IMG/VR virus record: IMGVR_UViG_3300031227_000051
Coordinates: 1-56,376 of that record
Origin: a virus
Lineage: Duplodnaviria; Caudoviricetes
Reading direction: 5' to 3' (one strand)
DNA: 56,376 nucleotides
Under the pieces are notes generated by a model. That model had not been told where the DNA came from, ran no database searches, and saw nothing but the letters and a program-made list of their open reading frames with translations. Shown one piece after another: positions 38,762 through 49,093 of the stretch; positions within the stretch are counted from its first letter, which is position 1; each line of letters starts with the position of its first letter. The translations under genes and the position numbers were made by a program.

Positions 38762-39376
38762 ATGAGTTGTTTTTGTGCTAGCACGATATCAATTGATAAA
38801 TATGCCAAAACATTTAGATTGAAAGGCGACGATAATAATGTAACTCCTCGCTCCAATGGTTGGACAGAGTGTGAAGATATTTCTCTGTTAATTCCACTTA
38901 TTGATGGTGGTATGATAAAATTTACAAGAAGAAGTGACAAAAATATTACAGTCGAAAATATTATTAAGGAATATGCAAGAAAAATAAAAGAATTTTGCGA
39001 TCTAGAGGCTTTTCATTCCAGTAATTTAACAAAAAATTCGAAAAAGAAAATTGAAATGTATGCCGAGATAAACGAACTTCAATATGCATATCCACTTGCT
39101 CAGAATAAATTGCGTATTTTAACAAATCAATCTCTTTTAATGGGAATTAAAAAATTACAAGATGAATTTGTTGAAAAAATTATTTCTTTTAAAATCGACA
39201 ACACGATTGTTGTAATTGTGTTATTATCTACACACACTTATGTTCGTAAAAACTTAAAGTATCGCTTGTTTACCACAGTAAATATTAACGATGCAAAAAG
39301 ATATACCAGAGTTAGAGCAAACGACATAATGAAGGGTTACAGAAAAAGTTCGTGGGATATTATTATTGATACATAA
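38762..39376 (+). CDS. hypothetical protein
   Basis: promoter + AGGAG RBS. Confidence 0.7.
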   Translation: MSCFCASTISIDKYAKTFRLKGDDNNVTPRSNGWTECEDISLLIPLIDGGMIKFTRRSDKNITVENIIKEYARKIKEFCDLEAFHSSNLTKNSKKKIEMYAEINELQYAYPLAQNKLRILTNQSLLMGIKKLQDEFVEKIISFKIDNTIVVIVLLSTHTYVRKNLKYRLFTTVNINDAKRYTRVRANDIMKGYRKSSWDIIIDT

Positions 39377-39464
39377 TACTGAAAGAATAATTTGTGCGAC
39401 TACTATTGTCTTTAATGCTGATCAAACAAGAGCGAATGTTTATATTAAAAACTAAGGAGATATT

Positions 39465-39788
39465 ATGGGAAATTCGGTTTCTTTTTGCACGAGAAAGGAG
39501 GAGAAGTGTTCTCATTGTGGTGAAATAATAAATACGATATTGGAAGACGAAATTGCTTTCTGAAATAAATATAATGATTTAACAATTTATATTTTTGATA
39601 ATTATTATTCTAGCGATGATAACGCATGGCAAGAATGTTTTGAAATTACAGAGGAAATAATACTTGATATAATAGACAAAGTTGAGAAAGGATTAATACC
39701 AAATGAATACGGAAGTTCATTAGAGAAATTAAATAAGGCAAAAGATATTATACTTGATGGCGAAAAAGTTTATATATATATAAGATAA
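39465..39788 (+). CDS. hypothetical protein (one TGA=Trp)
   Basis: AAGGAG RBS; 107 aa under code 4. Confidence 0.7.
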
Positions 39789-39960
39789 AGGAGTATTTTA
39801 TGGAAGACAAGAAAGTTGTAATTAAGTTGACGCTCGAAATTAAGGCAAAAGATTATATTAAGGGATTTGCCTGTGATTTATTTGATAATTTAAATGAAAT
39901 TGGTAATGTAACACTTAACGATATTAAGTTAGTAACTAACGAAACTGACAAGAAGTAATA

Positions 39961-40185
39961 ATGGAAAAGACACTCAATAGAGACGACCCAGTCCTTGTAG
40001 AATTTAGTACTCGATTAATATCCGGCGAACCAATGAGAAAACTGTTTGAGTTTGGATATTACAATAAGGATTGGTGTATTGTTTATAAACGTGGCGAAAG
40101 AAATATGCAAGATGCTCTTGCCTTTGATCACAAAAGAGTCAGACTTGCAACAAAAGAAGATTTGGAAGAATATTGGTGGGGATAA
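39961..40185 (+). CDS. hypothetical protein
   Basis: ORF track. Confidence 0.6.
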   Translation: MEKTLNRDDPVLVEFSTRLISGEPMRKLFEFGYYNKDWCIVYKRGERNMQDALAFDHKRVRLATKEDLEEYWWG

Positions 40186-40481
40186 GAAATAAAAAGATAA
40201 ATAATTTGACAAAATCATCAGAAAAACTATAGTAGTTTTATAAGAGAGAGAGAGAGATAATATGATGAGTTAGAGATAAAACTAAAAGGAGATGATGATG
40301 AAAAAGATTCTTGTTAGCTGTTGTAAGGACTGCCCGTATTACAGATGGAATAGTGGAATGGGTTTTGATGAGGATTGGGATTCTTGTGCTAATACTGGCA
40401 AGGATATATCTGATTATCTTAACACGATACCTCCTTTCTGTAAATTGAATGATAGTGATGAAAGATAATAAGGAGTAAATT

Positions 40482-41516
40482 ATGAAATTTGTAAAATACA
40501 GAAGTATGGAAAACTCTTATCGAGAAGGGTTTATGAATAAGATTGCTGAACAGGGATATACACGTTCTGCAATAGTATGGGTGGGTACCGAAAAGGTTCA
40601 TGGTGCTAATGGTGGATTATGGACGGACGGCGTTGAAGTAAAAATTTCAAAGAAGTCTCAATTTATAAGTGAATCAGAAAATTTTTATAAAGCTAATGAA
40701 ATACGTGCAAGATATGAAAGTGACATTTTATTCATACGTAACACGCTTAAAGCATGTGACCAGAATATTGTATCTATATGTGTTTGTGGTGAGATATTTG
40801 GCGGGATGTATCCCCATCCAGATGTCGAAAGAATTCCTAATGCAAGTAAAATTCAGAAAGGTATATATTACATACCTCATAATGACTTTATAGTATTTGA
40901 TATAATCACAACTGATGCTGACGGAAATGAAAAATTTCTTACCTGGAATGAAGTCAAGGAAGTTATTGCACTCACTGGATTAAAAACCGTACCTGAACTT
41001 ATTGTTGGAACATTTGACGAAGTTATGGGTTACACCAACGAGGGTCAGAGCGAAGTTCACAAGCTGTATGGTCTTCCAACAATAGAAGATAACATAATGG
41101 AAGGCGTTGTAGCAAAGCCAATTAAGACTGAATTTCTTAGAGATGATTCGAGAGTTATTGTAAAAAACAAAAACGATAAGTGGACAGAGAAAGCTCATGC
41201 ACCAAAGCGAATACGTGAAGAAGAAGAAGTAAACGAAGCAATCGGTCCTATTATCGAGGAAATTAGTACCTATGTTACTGAAAATAGATTGCGTAATGTT
41301 TTATCTCATATTGGGGAGGTTACTAGTAAAGATTTCGGAATAATAAATAAAGAATTTGTCGGTGACATTATGAAGGATTATATCATCGAAAACGGAAGCG
41401 AAGATTTGAACTCTCTTGAAAAAAGTGACAAGAAACTTATTAGTAAAAGTCTAAATAGACAAACAACTACTATGATTAGAAGTAACTTTCTAAATATCAT
41501 AGACAATGAGTTTTAA
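40482..41516 (+). CDS. RNA ligase, Rnl2 family
   Basis: F.KY.S.EN, EKVHGAN, GE.FGG, FDI, EGVV.KP, KNKN, YVTENRL.NV.S. Confidence 0.93.
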   Translation: MKFVKYRSMENSYREGFMNKIAEQGYTRSAIVWVGTEKVHGANGGLWTDGVEVKISKKSQFISESENFYKANEIRARYESDILFIRNTLKACDQNIVSICVCGEIFGGMYPHPDVERIPNASKIQKGIYYIPHNDFIVFDIITTDADGNEKFLTWNEVKEVIALTGLKTVPELIVGTFDEVMGYTNEGQSEVHKLYGLPTIEDNIMEGVVAKPIKTEFLRDDSRVIVKNKNDKWTEKAHAPKRIREEEEVNEAIGPIIEEISTYVTENRLRNVLSHIGEVTSKDFGIINKEFVGDIMKDYIIENGSEDLNSLEKSDKKLISKSLNRQTTTMIRSNFLNIIDNEF

Positions 41517-41545
41517 TGAAAAAAATCAATGTTTGAGCAATTATA

Positions 41546-41893
41546 ATGCCTGAAAATTATGAACTTCGTGAAAAGGTGATTATTGCATTACTAACTGGGG
41601 GAGTAGATTGGTGTGATGGAGATAGTAATTGGGACTATTTTACTGGTACTGATTGTACGATTATTTATGTGAACTATGACGACAAAAATCAAATATGCAC
41701 CGATGGTAGTGAGAAACTTAGCGAAATAGTTGCAGTAAATAGTAGAATGAGAAAGAGAACTTTTGAGTATATAAAATATCAAAAGTTCTTAGACAATCCT
41801 TCAATCATAAAGGCGTGCAAACCTAATACGAGAAAATACAAAATAGTCTCAAACAAATCGTACATTGGTAAAAGTTTAGTTTTAGATAATTAA
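41546..41893 (+). CDS. hypothetical protein
   Basis: ORF track. Confidence 0.5.
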   Translation: MPENYELREKVIIALLTGGVDWCDGDSNWDYFTGTDCTIIYVNYDDKNQICTDGSEKLSEIVAVNSRMRKRTFEYIKYQKFLDNPSIIKACKPNTRKYKIVSNKSYIGKSLVLDN

Positions 41894-41897
41894 AAAA

Positions 41898-42308
41898 TGA
41901 GCGATATATATGTGTAGTTGCGGATGTAGTGAAAACGGTAATATCATAAGAATATTAAAAATAAATGGAAACAACTCTGAGAGGTTGTAAAGAGCGATTA
42001 CAACCTTGAGAGGTTGTAAAATATGTTTATCAAGAAGAAACACCCTATTTCAGTAGGGTGTTATCTTTGAGTAGTCACTTCAAATTTGAACAAATTACGT
42101 TTGCAACCGCATTGTTCGACTAATTCCCGTCTTGTTTGAGCTTGCATCAGAGGCTTACCGGGTCTTTGCCAACATCGTCTGAACGAGGTCCGAACTCCTT
42201 CTACACTTGGCAGATGAGTCATTAAAAAAGCCATTCTCATCGTAATGAGAATTTAACTCTTTGTACATCTTGGTACATGAGCTTTATATATATATGAGTG
42301 AGTTCACT
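41898..42308. mobile_element. possible degenerate IS200/IS605 remnants / structured non-coding region
   Basis: broken C..CG...NI fragment; hairpins CACCCTA/TAGGGTG and ATTCTCAT/ATGAGAAT each followed by a TCAC end; CAAC..TGAGAGGTTG repeated. Confidence 0.3.
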
Positions 42309-42369
42309 TTTGTATTGACAAATTTTTGATTAATAATATTGTTGAAACATAAAAGAAATAGGAGACAAT

Positions 42370-42702
42370 ATGACGGATTATAATGATAACAAAGAGTTTT
42401 GAACGCAAGTTTACAATTGGGTGGCAGAGTGGTTTTATGTGTATGAAAACGCCGCATTTACTACGGAATCAATATACGAAGCTCTTATAAGGGCCGAGAT
42501 GATAGCCGAAGATTTTGAAATACCAACTTTTGAACAATTTGAGAATAACTTTCATGACTGGATAGGAAATTATAGAGATTATGACTTTGCAGACAAGTAT
42601 TTTGTTGAAACGAGTATTGGTTGGGTATATACTTCAAAGTCTCATTTATTAATGGAAAGTATAAAATTTCTTGAAGATAAATTAACAGAAATGGTATATT
42701 AA
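42370..42702 (+). CDS. hypothetical protein (one TGA=Trp)
   Basis: GGAG RBS + ATG 42370 in frame with the track ORF. Confidence 0.7.
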
Positions 42703-42728
42703 GAGAAGGAATATAAATAGGAGTTATA

Positions 42729-43067
42729 ATGATAGTTTATGGAATCGTTGAAGGTTGTGAATGGGAGGGAGAAGAGATTGGAAACGAACTTTATGTTTGT
42801 AAAAGTGATGCTATTGATGTAATAAAATCGAACACCTCGATAAACGAATGTTATGGTGGTAACGAAGATTATTGGAAAAAAGGTGGAGGTTATATTGGTG
42901 TCAGAGAATTTGAAATTCAAGACAAAACAATTAAAAATTTTGCAAAAGATAAGATTAAGGAAATTTTAACTAAGATGGGCGAATTGCAAATTAATCTTCA
43001 GAGTAAATCTGCAATTGAGTTTTATGCTAACGAAATAAATCAAAAGATAAATCAAAAGGAGAAGTAA
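42729..43067 (+). CDS. hypothetical protein
   Basis: GGAG RBS. Confidence 0.65.
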   Translation: MIVYGIVEGCEWEGEEIGNELYVCKSDAIDVIKSNTSINECYGGNEDYWKKGGGYIGVREFEIQDKTIKNFAKDKIKEILTKMGELQINLQSKSAIEFYANEINQKINQKEK

Positions 43068-43069
43068 GA

Positions 43070-43306
43070 ATGACAGTAGGAGATTTAAAGATTGACGAAC
43101 ATTACAAGCTAACTTATCCGAATGGCGCTGAATGTGTGGCAATTTTTAGAAGAATAATTACTTATCCCGCAGCCTGTTTACCGAGTGATTATGTATTTGA
43201 ATGGATATCGGGAGAAGATACTCTTCCTAAAACCTCAGGCATTCCAGGAATGTTTTTTCCACTAACGGCCGGAATTTTAAATTATGTAACTATAACAAAG
43301 GTTTAA
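43070..43306 (+). CDS. hypothetical protein
   Basis: GGAG RBS. Confidence 0.6.
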   Translation: MTVGDLKIDEHYKLTYPNGAECVAIFRRIITYPAACLPSDYVFEWISGEDTLPKTSGIPGMFFPLTAGILNYVTITKV

Positions 43307-43312
43307 TTAAAA

Positions 43313-43672
43313 ATGATTAAAATATTTATATTAGAGGATGATGATAATAGAATAAGACAGTTTCGTAAGAATTTTACAAATGCTGAACTTACTATTACAA
43401 AAAATAGCAAAGATGCTATAAAAATATTACGGAAACAACTTCCGTATGACTATTTATTCTTAGATCACGACTTGGGTGATAAACGGATGACTCGAAGTGA
43501 TGAAAATACGGGATATGAAGTGGCTCAATGGTTAAGCAAAAACGCATTGAAAAAACCGAAATTAGGATTATACATTCATTCTTTAAACACGCCTGGTGCC
43601 AAAAACATGCGTGGAGTACTTGGGTATGGATCACTTGTTCCATTTGTTTGGCAAAAAGTTATAAGATTTTAA
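43313..43672 (+). CDS. cyclic-phosphate-processing receiver domain protein
   Basis: IFILEDD, LFLDHDLG, TGYEVA, IHS.N..G. Confidence 0.75.
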   Translation: MIKIFILEDDDNRIRQFRKNFTNAELTITKNSKDAIKILRKQLPYDYLFLDHDLGDKRMTRSDENTGYEVAQWLSKNALKKPKLGLYIHSLNTPGAKNMRGVLGYGSLVPFVWQKVIRF

Positions 43673-43682
43673 AAATTAATTT

Positions 43683-44042
43683 GGGAGTGAAAAGGTATCG
43701 ACAGTGAGTCTTTCCTTAAACAATTCACATCATGTCTGCAACAAACATGTAAAACTATGTTGTAATTTTTCAAATGGCGAAAGTCTATTAATGGCGGCGT
43801 AAGCCTCTCCTAATGTAATGGCTATTCTTTCTCTATTATAAATTAGGTCAGTATGAAGGATAATCCGTAATCACTTAATGGATGACAAGATAAAGCGTGA
43901 GAACGTAATGCAATCGACTAGGATGCTGTGTTTTGTTTGTATGTTTATTTATCACATGATATAATAAAATATACTAAGTGTGTAAAAAAGATTGTGGTAG
44001 GTTACTTGTTGGACGTGGGTTCGACTCCCACCACTTCCACCA
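43683..44042 (+). ncRNA. ssrA: tmRNA
   Basis: GGGAGTG/CACTTCC-ACCA with G3-U70; tag ORF ~43770-43802 SNGESLLMAA*. Confidence 0.93.
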
Positions 44043-44071
44043 AATTAAAAAAACAAGAAAATGAGAGAAGA

Positions 44072-44218
44072 ATGGAAACCAAACCTAACAAATGACTGTA
44101 TAGGCCTTATTATGATATTTATGGTAATATTATAAGATATGCTTATACTGGTTCAAATATTATAAGATATGCTTATACTGGTTCAAATTTTGAAACATTC
44201 ATCATTCAAGTAAGTTAA
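44072..44218 (+). CDS. small YDIYGN protein with a 30-nt tandem duplication (1 TGA)
   Basis: METKPNK-W-LYRPYYDIYGNIIRYAYTGSNIIRYAYTGSN. Confidence 0.55.
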
Positions 44219-44226
44219 GAGGTATC

Positions 44227-44388
44227 ATGGGACATAAAAAATCAAACATAACTTTTGATTTAGACAAAATAAAGAAAAGACTTTACGAAATGAGAAATGA
44301 AAAGTCTTTAAAATCGAGACCTTACTATGATATTTATGGCAATGTTATTAGAAAAGGGATTCACTCACAATGACTAAAACAAAAGTAA
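44227..44388 (+). CDS. small YDIYGN protein
   Basis: GAGGT RBS; RPYYDIYGNVIRK; TGA at 44371 overlaps the next ATG. Confidence 0.6.
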
Positions 44389-44561
44389 CATATATTTACT
44401 CATCTCTTCGTGACTATACTACGATTGAACATTTATTGCATTGCTATGATATTTATGGTAATAATATAATTACAATATTTAAAAATATTCCAACGAGTTA
44501 TTGTGCTCAAATAGATTTGAACGAATGAACTATATCAGATAAAGACGAAAGTGATATGTAA
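44370..44561 (+). CDS. small YDIYGN protein (1 TGA)
   Basis: HCYDIYGNNI. Confidence 0.55.
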
Positions 44562-44597
44562 ACGACATTATTTTAAAAGAGAAGGAGAAAAATAAAT

Positions 44598-44771
44598 ATG
44601 GGTACAGGCTGGCAATACGATGAAAGAAGAAAGCTATTAAAAAAAGATCACATATTTAAACATAAATATCCTAGCCATCCTAGCTATGATATTTATGACA
44701 ATGTTATGAACATTTATCGTGAGAGAGACATTTATTGTAAGGTGGAATATCTTAATGATAAATGTCAATAA
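44598..44771 (+). CDS. small protein with YDIYDN variant
   Basis: AAGGAG RBS. Confidence 0.55.
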   Translation: MGTGWQYDERRKLLKKDHIFKHKYPSHPSYDIYDNVMNIYRERDIYCKVEYLNDKCQ

Positions 44772-45121
44772 TTATCACAAAGAAAATGAAAAATTGTAAT
44801 GATTGTGCAATAGACATTCGTGATGAAATATTCACAAAAAATTTATACAAAAAAGGAGATATAAATATGGTTACACAGTCAAGAAGTCTTGCTGATTATT
44901 GCATATGTCAGCCAACTACACCCACAACAATTATACAGAAGTTTCGATTACTTTTCAAAAAGAAACAATCAATAGATACAGTGGTATATAAAAATGAATT
45001 GACAGAAACAACTCATCACATTAATTATAAGATGTTAAATAACAAGAAATTTATACTTATGGATTACTATGGCGAAACAATTACATTACCTGATATTCAA
45101 ATCATATGTAAGAAGAAATAA
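44762..45121 (+). CDS. hypothetical protein (start uncertain)
   Basis: alternative RBS+ATG at 44867. Confidence 0.5.
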   Translation: MSIIITKKMKNCNDCAIDIRDEIFTKNLYKKGDINMVTQSRSLADYCICQPTTPTTIIQKFRLLFKKKQSIDTVVYKNELTETTHHINYKMLNNKKFILMDYYGETITLPDIQIICKKK

Positions 45122-45574
45122 ATGAAAACAATTTTTTAGATTTTGATGGTGTACTAAATAATGGGAAGTTTTTGGCGACTAATTTTTATAATTTCCCAGA
45201 TTTGATTATGAGAGAAAAGGTTGAGATATTGAATTATATCATAGACAAAACAAACGCTAACATTGTATTTTCAACATCCTGAAGGGAAGAGTTTTCTCAG
45301 CATGAACTGATTGCAATACTAGAGAGTAGGATTTAAGTATGAAGACAAATGTGTTGGAGTTACACCCATAACCTTTAATAACGAAAGAAGCTCAGAAATA
45401 AGACAATATATTGCTGAGAACTCTATTGACTACTATGTTATCTTAGATGATAATGGTGAAGAGTTATTAGAGCTTGGTGACGAAAATCAGAAGCTTTTAG
45501 TCAATTCAAACAGCGGACTCACCATGATAGATGCAGAAAATGTAATTAAAATGTTTAAAAAACAAGCTGAGTAA
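45122..45574 (+). pseudogene. HAD-family (RNA-repair 'Swiss army knife' type) phosphatase with two frameshifts
   Basis: MKTIF/LDFDGVLN, IVFSTS-TGA-R, GVTP, R..EI, YVILDD, GLT; shifts near 45137 and 45330. Confidence 0.75.
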
Positions 45575-45645
45575 GAAATAAAAAATATTGACAAAAATAC
45601 AGAAAATACTACTATAGTAATATGAATAACAAAGGGAGATAAGAA

Positions 45646-46410
45646 ATGAAAAATTATAAAGTTATAGCAGATTTTGATGAAGTAAAGAAAATGATAGATT
45701 TATTCCCAGAATTACTTCCTAGCGAAGTGTTTTTCCTTTCATTATCTGCAAGAAAGAAGTATTTAACTGAATCTGAGAGAGAAATATATAATGTTAATCG
45801 TGCCGAAATGTTTGATCGAGTTATTGTTAGAGAAAAATCCTACGAGAAATTTCATAAGATTATGAGCAGAATGGAAACAAATGTTGAAGGTTTTACAACC
45901 AAATCTGGAATGAGTTATCCAGAGTCCTGCGTTGTTACTTATATTAATATAAATCCATCAAGTATGTTAAAGGCTAATGCTGAATATATGGCTAAGATTA
46001 ATCACTATACATTTGAAATGACTCAGGCTCTTTTGAATGGGAAACGATGTGATTCAATAATGAAAAAATTCAGCAAATTAGATGTTGAGTTAATGAATTG
46101 TATTCAAAGATGTCGTGGACAAAAAAAGTTTATTGATATTGATTTTGATATTGATAAGACAAAAGAATTTGAAGTTCTCGAAAATTTTATAAATTTTATG
46201 AAAGAAAATGACATTACCTATCATGTTATAGAAACAAAAAGTGGTTATCATGTATTAATGGAACGTTCAACAATTAATTGCAATTTTTACAAGAAAGTTG
46301 CAGAATTACATGAACTTGTAAATGATGAAGTTATTGTCAACAAGAATGAAATGATACCTTGTCCAGGAACATTACAGGGTGGACATTTAGTTCGTTTCTT
46401 GGATATGTAA
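45646..46410 (+). CDS. AEP primase-polymerase-like protein
   Basis: IDIDFD and ETKSGYH motifs. Confidence 0.5.
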   Translation: MKNYKVIADFDEVKKMIDLFPELLPSEVFFLSLSARKKYLTESEREIYNVNRAEMFDRVIVREKSYEKFHKIMSRMETNVEGFTTKSGMSYPESCVVTYININPSSMLKANAEYMAKINHYTFEMTQALLNGKRCDSIMKKFSKLDVELMNCIQRCRGQKKFIDIDFDIDKTKEFEVLENFINFMKENDITYHVIETKSGYHVLMERSTINCNFYKKVAELHELVNDEVIVNKNEMIPCPGTLQGGHLVRFLDM

Positions 46411-46418
46411 AAAGTAAC

Positions 46419-46670
46419 ATGAATGATTTGAAAATTGGCGATGTTGTTTATATTAAACAATCCAAAGGTCATAGCAACTGGGTTAAAGATTTATATAACA
46501 AGAGATTAACTATTAAAGAAATAACTCAAGACAATACTGAACGATATTCATTGTATGAGGACGTGATACCGCCGGCTTATTTGCCCATTACCTGGAGACG
46601 TGATGAATTAATTGCTAAAGCAGAAATCCCGTTCGCATACAATATCTGGGGAGAATTATGCATAAAGTAA
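46419..46670 (+). CDS. small protein ending YNIWGE
   Basis: LKIGDVV start. Confidence 0.6.
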   Translation: MNDLKIGDVVYIKQSKGHSNWVKDLYNKRLTIKEITQDNTERYSLYEDVIPPAYLPITWRRDELIAKAEIPFAYNIWGELCIK

Positions 46671-46945
46671 TATTAAATCACGGAGAAGATTGGACAAAAT
46701 ATATAGGAACAAAAGTTCGTATCATTAGTGGAGGTATGGGAGCGTTGGGATCAAACGATAAGATTGGATATTTAGTAAGTTCAAACAGTATAGTAAGATC
46801 AGGCTCTGGACGAAACATGGATTACCCAAGAGTAAAAGTTAAAGGTGTTGTTTGGGGTTTATGTCACGGATGGAAAATAGAAATTCAAAAAAGAGAAAAG
46901 ATATATGACATTTATGGAAATGTCGCAATAACAAAGAGGAAGTAA
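46658..46945 (+). CDS. small protein ending YDIYGN
   Basis: GGAG RBS. Confidence 0.65.
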   Translation: MHKVILNHGEDWTKYIGTKVRIISGGMGALGSNDKIGYLVSSNSIVRSGSGRNMDYPRVKVKGVVWGLCHGWKIEIQKREKIYDIYGNVAITKRK

Positions 46946-46947
46946 AA

Positions 46948-47388
46948 ATGAGAGAAGAGTTACAAAATAAATTATACGAAAAATGGCCAAAGTTATTGTC
47001 AAATCTTAAAAAAAATAGAAAAGCGAATGGCTCACCATTATCTTGGGATGGAATTGACGTTGGTGATGGTTGGTATGATATTGTTGATACATTATGTAAA
47101 AATATAGTATTATATTCACGTGAATATAATAGATCAAACGTTGATAAGTTTGACTGTAAAGTTCAGCAAATTAAAGAAAAGTTTGGCGGATTAAGATTTT
47201 ACATAGATGGCGGAGACAATCACATTCATGATTTAATTAGTAAGGCAGAAAATACTTCTGAAATAGTCTGTGAATTATGTGGTACATTCGATGATGTCGG
47301 TAAAACAGATGGTTGGATAACTACAATATGTCAAGAGTGTCATAGCAGAATAAATGACAATAGACATTGGAGAAAAATAGGAGATTAA
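46948..47388 (+). CDS. conserved phage protein (QIKEKFGGLRFY family)
   Basis: GDGW, KEKFGGLRFY, CELCG, GWITTIC. Confidence 0.75.
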   Translation: MREELQNKLYEKWPKLLSNLKKNRKANGSPLSWDGIDVGDGWYDIVDTLCKNIVLYSREYNRSNVDKFDCKVQQIKEKFGGLRFYIDGGDNHIHDLISKAENTSEIVCELCGTFDDVGKTDGWITTICQECHSRINDNRHWRKIGD

Positions 47389-47392
47389 TAAA

Positions 47393-47620
47393 ATGATTAT
47401 AGAAAAAGTAGAATCAACAATTATTACAAAATGTTTTAAATGACAAACAGATGATTTTATTGAATGACTCGAAAAAATATCTAAAAGACTAAATATTGAT
47501 ACGACATATTTTATTAAAAAGAAATGGTTTAGTAATCAAATAAGAATTGTAATGATTGGTCTTGATAAAGATGTTGAGAAATTAGAGCATAAAATTAAAG
47601 TTAAATTATTGTATGGGTAA
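47393..47620 (+). CDS. hypothetical protein (2 TGA=Trp)
   Basis: GGAG RBS; 75 aa under code 4. Confidence 0.65.
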
Positions 47621-47715
47621 AAATAGCTTGGCAAGAATTCTAACATAATTAAATTTAGATTTAATGAAAGCATGTTAGAGATACGAAGTGAAAAAGAAAA
47701 ACAAAGGAGATTGTA

Positions 47716-47781
47716 ATGAGATATGGTTAGGTTTATATCCCAGAACGAACTAGGGAAAGAGATCCGCCCCTTATTTTGTAA
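47716..47781 (+). promoter_or_regulatory. leader peptide MRYG*VYIPERTRERDPPLIL with in-frame TAG and RDPP motif
   Basis: AAGGAG RBS; TAG at 47728; hairpin immediately after. Confidence 0.7.
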
Positions 47782-47841
47782 TTGTTTCGATACAGTTACG
47801 AAAAGAAAGAATAACTAAAAAACAAAATAAGGAGATTCAAA

Positions 47842-48186
47842 ATGAATCATGCATATCAGAAAATTAAGGAAGAGTTAAAGACGTTAGGACTAAAGATTAG
47901 AAAGCAGAAATTAGAAAGAAAGGAAATGTGCAGAAAATATCAGGATACTTGGAAAATAGATATGGATATTGTCCATAACAAATTTGAATTTAGACATAAA
48001 CATATTGCTCGTTGTTTACTAAGTGGTCGTAGTTATGAGCAAATTGAACAACCTCGTGAGAGCAGAAAACCTAGTTGGAGAAGCATTAATGAATACAAAA
48101 GGCAATTTATCGAAAAATACGAAGCCTATACCGCAGCACAACTCTCAAAAGCAGAAGCGGAAATTCTAACTGTTTTAGGATACTAA
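47842..48186 (+). CDS. hypothetical protein (RHKHIA..LL.GRSYEQIE)
   Basis: AAGGAG RBS. Confidence 0.8.
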   Translation: MNHAYQKIKEELKTLGLKIRKQKLERKEMCRKYQDTWKIDMDIVHNKFEFRHKHIARCLLSGRSYEQIEQPRESRKPSWRSINEYKRQFIEKYEAYTAAQLSKAEAEILTVLGY

Positions 48187-48196
48187 TATTACACAA

Positions 48197-48228
48197 AAAT
48201 GCCGGGCACTTTGATGTCCGGCATTTAC
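48197..48228 (+). terminator. hairpin between the unknown gene and the pth2-like gene
   Basis: AAATGCCGGGCA..TGTCCGGCATTT. Confidence 0.6.
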
Positions 48229-48253
48229 TTAAAAATACAAAAAAGGAGAGGAT

Positions 48254-48568
48254 ATGCATGAACTAACAATGTATGTAATGGTTCGTAATGATTTACCAAA
48301 ATCATATCAGGCTGTACAAGCTGGACATTCAGTTGCCCAATTTATGCTTGAGCACAATGATACAGCAAAAGCCTGGAACAATCAAAGACTTATCTATTTA
48401 AATGTTGATACCTAGAGTGATATAGATAAAATGATTTATAAGATAAAAAAGTTAAATATTGAATATTCATATTTTAAAGAGTCTGATATTAATAATGAAA
48501 TAACTGCGATAGCAGTTATTGTTGACGAAAGCAAAAGACGCTACTTTAAAAAACTAAGATTAATATAG
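48254..48568 (+). CDS. Pth2-like peptidyl-tRNA hydrolase with in-frame TAG at codon 54
   Basis: MYVMVRNDL..QAVQAGHS..W..LIYL; after TAG 48413: F.ESD...EITAIA..FKKLRLI*. Confidence 0.85.
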
Positions 48569-48578
48569 AATAATCTTT

Positions 48579-48653
48579 CGCAGTATAGTTCAGTGGTAGA
48601 ACAATGAATTCTAAACTCATGTGTCGTAGGTTCGATTCCTACTACTGCGACCA
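48579..48653 (+). tRNA. amber suppressor tRNA (CTA)
   Basis: CGCAGTA/TACTGCG, A73, CCA; ATGAA-TTCTAAA-CTCAT. Confidence 0.9.
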
Positions 48654-48775
48654 TTTTATTTTTGTATAAAAGTATCTTTTTATAAACGATGTTAAAGTTA
48701 TAGAACTCGATATTTATATAAGAATGTCATTGACGAAATAAGGTTACGAAAATAATCAAAAAGGTAGGAACACAA

Positions 48776-49072
48776 ATGAATCAAAATACTTTCGGTTCAA
48801 CAAAGGCCGCAAATGATTTGGTATTACATTTAGAAACAGAGAAGATAGAAAAAAAAACAATTGCAAAAATCAGTCGAAAAATTACAGATTACAATCGAGG
48901 ACTGAATGTTATTAGTAGAATTGAGGATGGCAAAATCAAAGCGTCATTATTAAAACTATGAGCAGAAATGAATTTAAATGCCGTAGATAATATGAATGTT
49001 TCAGAGAATATTATCAGTCATTTAAAAAATGTACAATTAGCATATTTAAAAAGAAAAACTTATAAGAAATAA
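48776..49072 (+). CDS. hypothetical protein (one TGA=Trp)
   Basis: frame continues to TAA 49070. Confidence 0.65.
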
Positions 49073-49093
49073 ATTTATTATATAGGAGGTTAC

